Shown here: one piece after another, positions 14,965 through 17,468 of the stretch
Numbering within the stretch: position 1 is the first letter of the stretch
Layout: each line of letters starts with the position of its first letter
NCBI GenBank assembly: GCA_964359165.1
Contig: CAYHRV010000042.1
Location: 1 to 17,468 of the forward strand
Reading direction: 5' to 3'
Source: an uncultured Elusimicrobia bacterium
Lineage (GTDB): Bacteria > Elusimicrobiota > Elusimicrobia > UBA1565
Length of the DNA stretch: 17,468 nucleotides
Notes under the pieces: generated by a model
Database searches by the model: none
What the model saw: only the letters and a program-made list of their open reading frames with translations
What the model was told of the DNA's origin: nothing
Program-made: the position numbers and the translations under genes

Positions 14965-15807
14965 ATGCCGCGGAACTTCTCGCACGCGCCCATCGATTTC
15001 AACACCATGTCCCCGGTCATCAAGGCCTTGGTCATCGCCAACGCCGTGGCGTTCCTCATGAGCCAGTTGGTCGCGGGCCAGTTCTCCGGCCTCTTCGGCC
15101 TGGTCCCCGCGCGGGTGGTGGAGGACCGCTGGGTGTGGCAGCTCTTCACCTACCTCTTCCTGCACGGCAGCTTCCTCCACCTGATCTTCAATCTCTTCGC
15201 GCTCTGGATGTTCGGCATGCCCGTGGAGGCCCAGTGGGGCCCCCGGGAATTCCTGAAGTTCTTCCTGGTATGCGGCGTGGGCGCCGGGCTCATCAACGTG
15301 GCCATCACCCCGCACTCGCACTACCCCGTCATCGGCGCTTCCGGCGCGGTCTATGGGCTCCTGGTCGCCTTCGCCATGCTTTATCCCGACGCCGTGGTGT
15401 ATCTCTATTTCTTCTTCCCGATCAAGGCCAAGCACATGGCCATGCTCTTCGGCCTCCTCGAGTTCTTCGCCGCCTCCGACGGCTCCAGCGGCGTGGCGCG
15501 CTACGCCCACCTCGGGGGCATGGTCATCGGCTATCTCTACATCCGCTGGTGGTGGATACTCTCGATGCGCGTGAAGGCCCTTTGGCGCGACATGACGCAG
15601 GGCGGCGTGGTCGTCTCCGAGCGCCCCCGCGCGGCGGCGCGGTCCTCGCGCAAGGCGCGGCCCGTCTCCTATGAGGAAGAGATGGCCGAGGTGGACCGGA
15701 TCCTCGACAAGATACTGGACCAGGGCGAGGCTTCCTTGACCGAGCAGGAACGCGAGGTCCTGCGCAAGCACGGCCCGGGCCGTCCAGGCGAAGGCGGCCA
15801 TGCCTGA
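14965..15807 (+). CDS. Rhomboid family intramembrane serine protease
   Basis: WQLFTYLFLHGSFLHLIFNLFALWMFG (conserved H/N region), IGASGAVYGLL (GxSG, Ser codon 15340-15342), AHLGGMVIGYLY (His 15508-15510). Multiple hydrophobic helices and a charged C-terminal tail. Confidence 0.85.
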   Translation: MPRNFSHAPIDFNTMSPVIKALVIANAVAFLMSQLVAGQFSGLFGLVPARVVEDRWVWQLFTYLFLHGSFLHLIFNLFALWMFGMPVEAQWGPREFLKFFLVCGVGAGLINVAITPHSHYPVIGASGAVYGLLVAFAMLYPDAVVYLYFFFPIKAKHMAMLFGLLEFFAASDGSSGVARYAHLGGMVIGYLYIRWWWILSMRVKALWRDMTQGGVVVSERPRAAARSSRKARPVSYEEEMAEVDRILDKILDQGEASLTEQEREVLRKHGPGRPGEGGHA

Positions 15808-16438
15808 GAGGCTCATCCGAAAGCCCCTGCGGGTCGGCTTGACCGGCGGCATCGGCGCGGGCAAGAGCGAGGCCCTGCGCGCTTTCTCCCGCGCGGGGGC
15901 CTGGACGCTGTCCCTCGATGAGGTCTCGCGTCGGCTCTCCCGGCGGGGCGGGCCCGTCCACCGCGCGATCGTCCGCGCCTTCGGCCGGGGCGTCCTGCGC
16001 GCCGACGGCTCTCTGGACCGTGCGAAATTGGCGTCCAGGGTCTTCGCCAGCCCCATCCCGCGCCGCCGTCTCGACCGGGCGGCTCACCCGCCCATGCTCC
16101 TGGAGATGCGCCGCAGGCTGCGCGCCTGCCGCCGCCCGGTGGCGGTCGTGGACGTCCCCCTTCTGTTCGAGGCCGGCTTGGCGGGCGATTTCGACGCGAC
16201 CGTGCTGGTGAGCGCGCCGGAGCGTCTGCGCCTTGGGCGCGTGATGCGCCGGGACGGCGTCCCGGCCGCGGCCGCGCGAGCACGCCTGAGGTCCCAGTGG
16301 CCGCAGGAACGCAAGGAGCGCCTGGCCGACGTCGTCGTACGCAATCAAGGAGGGCTCGGCGCCCTCTGCCGTAGAGTGAAAGAGTATCAGCAGGCTTTCC
16401 GCCTGCTGTCGACCTCCCCCGGAGGTTCCGGGGCATGA
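15800..16438 (+). CDS. coaE: Dephospho-CoA kinase
   Basis: [17 protein letters not shown]-loop in the CoaE-specific context (about nt 15841-15867), then LSLDEV, FG..VL.ADGSLDR..L...[19 protein letters not shown]. The ATG overlaps the rhomboid gene by 8 nt. Confidence 0.85.
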   Translation: MPERLIRKPLRVGLTGGIGAGKSEALRAFSRAGAWTLSLDEVSRRLSRRGGPVHRAIVRAFGRGVLRADGSLDRAKLASRVFASPIPRRRLDRAAHPPMLLEMRRRLRACRRPVAVVDVPLLFEAGLAGDFDATVLVSAPERLRLGRVMRRDGVPAAAARARLRSQWPQERKERLADVVVRNQGGLGALCRRVKEYQQAFRLLSTSPGGSGA

Positions 16439-17468
16439 GGCAAGACGCACCCGAGGAGACCGCGACCATGGAAACCACCCCCGTCCCCGCCAAGACCCCT
16501 GCCGCCGACGACAAACAGCTCAATGTCTCGGCGCTGGCGAAGAAAACGATAGCCGACCTGATGAAGATCGCCGATGAGATGGCCCTGGAAGGCGTCTCGG
16601 GCCTGCGCAAGCAGGAGCTCATCGTGAAGATACTGGAAGGCCAGGCCAAGCGCAACGGCACGATCTATGACGAAGGGGTGCTCGAGATACTGCCCGACGG
16701 GTTCGGCTTCCTCCGCTCGCCCGACTATAACTATCTGCCGGGCCCCGATGACATCTATGTCTCTCCCTCGCAGATCAAGAAGTTCGGCCTGCGCAAGGGA
16801 GATACCGTCTCCGGCCATGTCCGGCCCCCCAAGGACGGGGAGCGGTTCTTCGCCCTACTCCAGGTCGCCGGCTTAAACGGCGTTCCCATCGAGGGCCTGC
16901 CCAACCGGATCGTCTTCGACAACCTCACTCCCCTGCATCCCAACACGCGCTTCAACCTCGAGACCGTGAAGTCCGAGTTGACGACGCGCCTCTTGGACCT
17001 CATGTCTCCCATCGGCAAGGGGCAGAGAGGGCTCATCGTGTCCCCGCCCAAGGCGGGGAAGACCATCATGCTCCAGAAGATCGCCAACGCCATCGCCATC
17101 AACCATCCCGAGTGCGTGCTCATCGTCCTGCTCATAGACGAGCGTCCCGAGGAGGTCACCGACATGCAGCGCTCGGTCAAGGGCGAGGTCGTGGCGTCCA
17201 CCTTCGACGAGCCGGCCGACCGCCACGTGCAGGTGGCCGAGATGGTCATCGAGAAGGGCCGGCGCATGGTCGAGATGGGCAAGGACGTGGTGATCCTGCT
17301 CGACTCCATCACCCGGCTGGCCCGCGCCTACAACACGATCACGCCCTCCTCCGGCCGCGTCCTCTCGGGCGGCTTGGAGGCGACCTCCCTGCAGCGCCCC
17401 AAGCGCTTTTTGGGCGCGGCGCGCAACATCGAGGAAGGGGGCAGCCTCACCATCATCGCCACCTCCCT
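16435..17468 (+). CDS. rho: Transcription termination factor Rho (3'-truncated by the window edge)
   Basis: Not in the ORF track because there is no stop codon before the window end. My own translation from ATG 16435 (GGAGG 9 nt upstream, ATGA overlap with the coaE stop) gives ...[73 protein letters not shown] (Rho N-terminal and RNA-binding domains). It continues with [23 protein letters not shown] (Walker A), [29 protein letters not shown]. An in-frame alternative ATG lies at 16468. Confidence 0.95.
   Translation, partial: MRQDAPEETATMETTPVPAKTPAADDKQLNVSALAKKTIADLMKIADEMALEGVSGLRKQELIVKILEGQAKRNGTIYDEGVLEILPDGFGFLRSPDYNYLPGPDDIYVSPSQIKKFGLRKGDTVSGHVRPPKDGERFFALLQVAGLNGVPIEGLPNRIVFDNLTPLHPNTRFNLETVKSELTTRLLDLMSPIGKGQRGLIVSPPKAGKTIMLQKIANAIAINHPECVLIVLLIDERPEEVTDMQRSVKGEVVASTFDEPADRHVQVAEMVIEKGRRMVEMGKDVVILLDSITRLARAYNTITPSSGRVLSGGLEATSLQRPKRFLGAARNIEEGGSLTIIATS

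Noticed and set aside
13285-16056. 923-aa minus-strand ORF spanning the polA, rhomboid and coaE regions
   Set aside because: It is antisense to three genes with unambiguous catalytic motifs. The translation is Gly/Arg/Ala/Pro/His-rich with no recognisable domain. Long stop-free antisense frames are expected in GC-rich DNA with high GC3.
15524-16661. Minus-strand ORFs of 308 aa and 282 aa opposite coaE and the rho 5' end, plus the 185-aa and 117-aa ORFs opposite rho (16755-17312)
   Set aside because: They are antisense to genes with P-loop and Rho signatures, and their translations are Arg/Pro/Gly-rich junk.
1-17468. Scan for CRISPR repeats, tRNA or rRNA, IS inverted repeats, and integrase or transposase genes
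   Set aside because: I saw no regularly spaced direct repeats, no cloverleaf-like or rRNA-like segments in the short intergenic regions, and no recombinase-like translation. The HNH nuclease is the only element with a mobile flavour, and it has no detectable flanking repeats within the window.

Overview
This is a GC-rich bacterial chromosomal segment with strong GC3 codon bias, so it carries many long spurious antisense or alternate-frame ORFs. I could not assign a taxon. I support 15 protein-coding genes and found no rRNA, tRNA, CRISPR array, transposase or integrase.

Gene order, left to right:
- HNH endonuclease (+)
- a 322-bp unresolved gap
- signal-peptide FAD oxidoreductase (+)
- fabI (-), divergent from a long acyl-CoA dehydrogenase (+)
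- a minus-strand cluster folB - FIST sensor - exported PghP/DUF867-like gamma-glutamyl hydrolase
- a secreted S8 subtilase with a long low-complexity N-terminus (+)
- two divergently transcribed orphan receiver proteins, one with an unknown N-terminal domain, flanking a 42-nt palindrome
- a tightly overlapping plus-strand housekeeping run: trxA - TlpA-like lipoprotein - polA - rhomboid - coaE - rho, with rho running off the 3' edge

Most of the window is ordinary core genome. The items worth a second look are:
- the folB/FIST/PghP-like cluster
- the unknown-domain receiver protein paired with a CheY-like regulator and its palindrome
- two AT-cored perfect or near-perfect palindromes
- the subtilase N-terminal repeat region
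- an anti-SD hairpin ahead of the rhomboid gene
- two neighbouring ORFs that lack canonical start codons

All family calls come from motifs read by eye in the translations. No database search was run.
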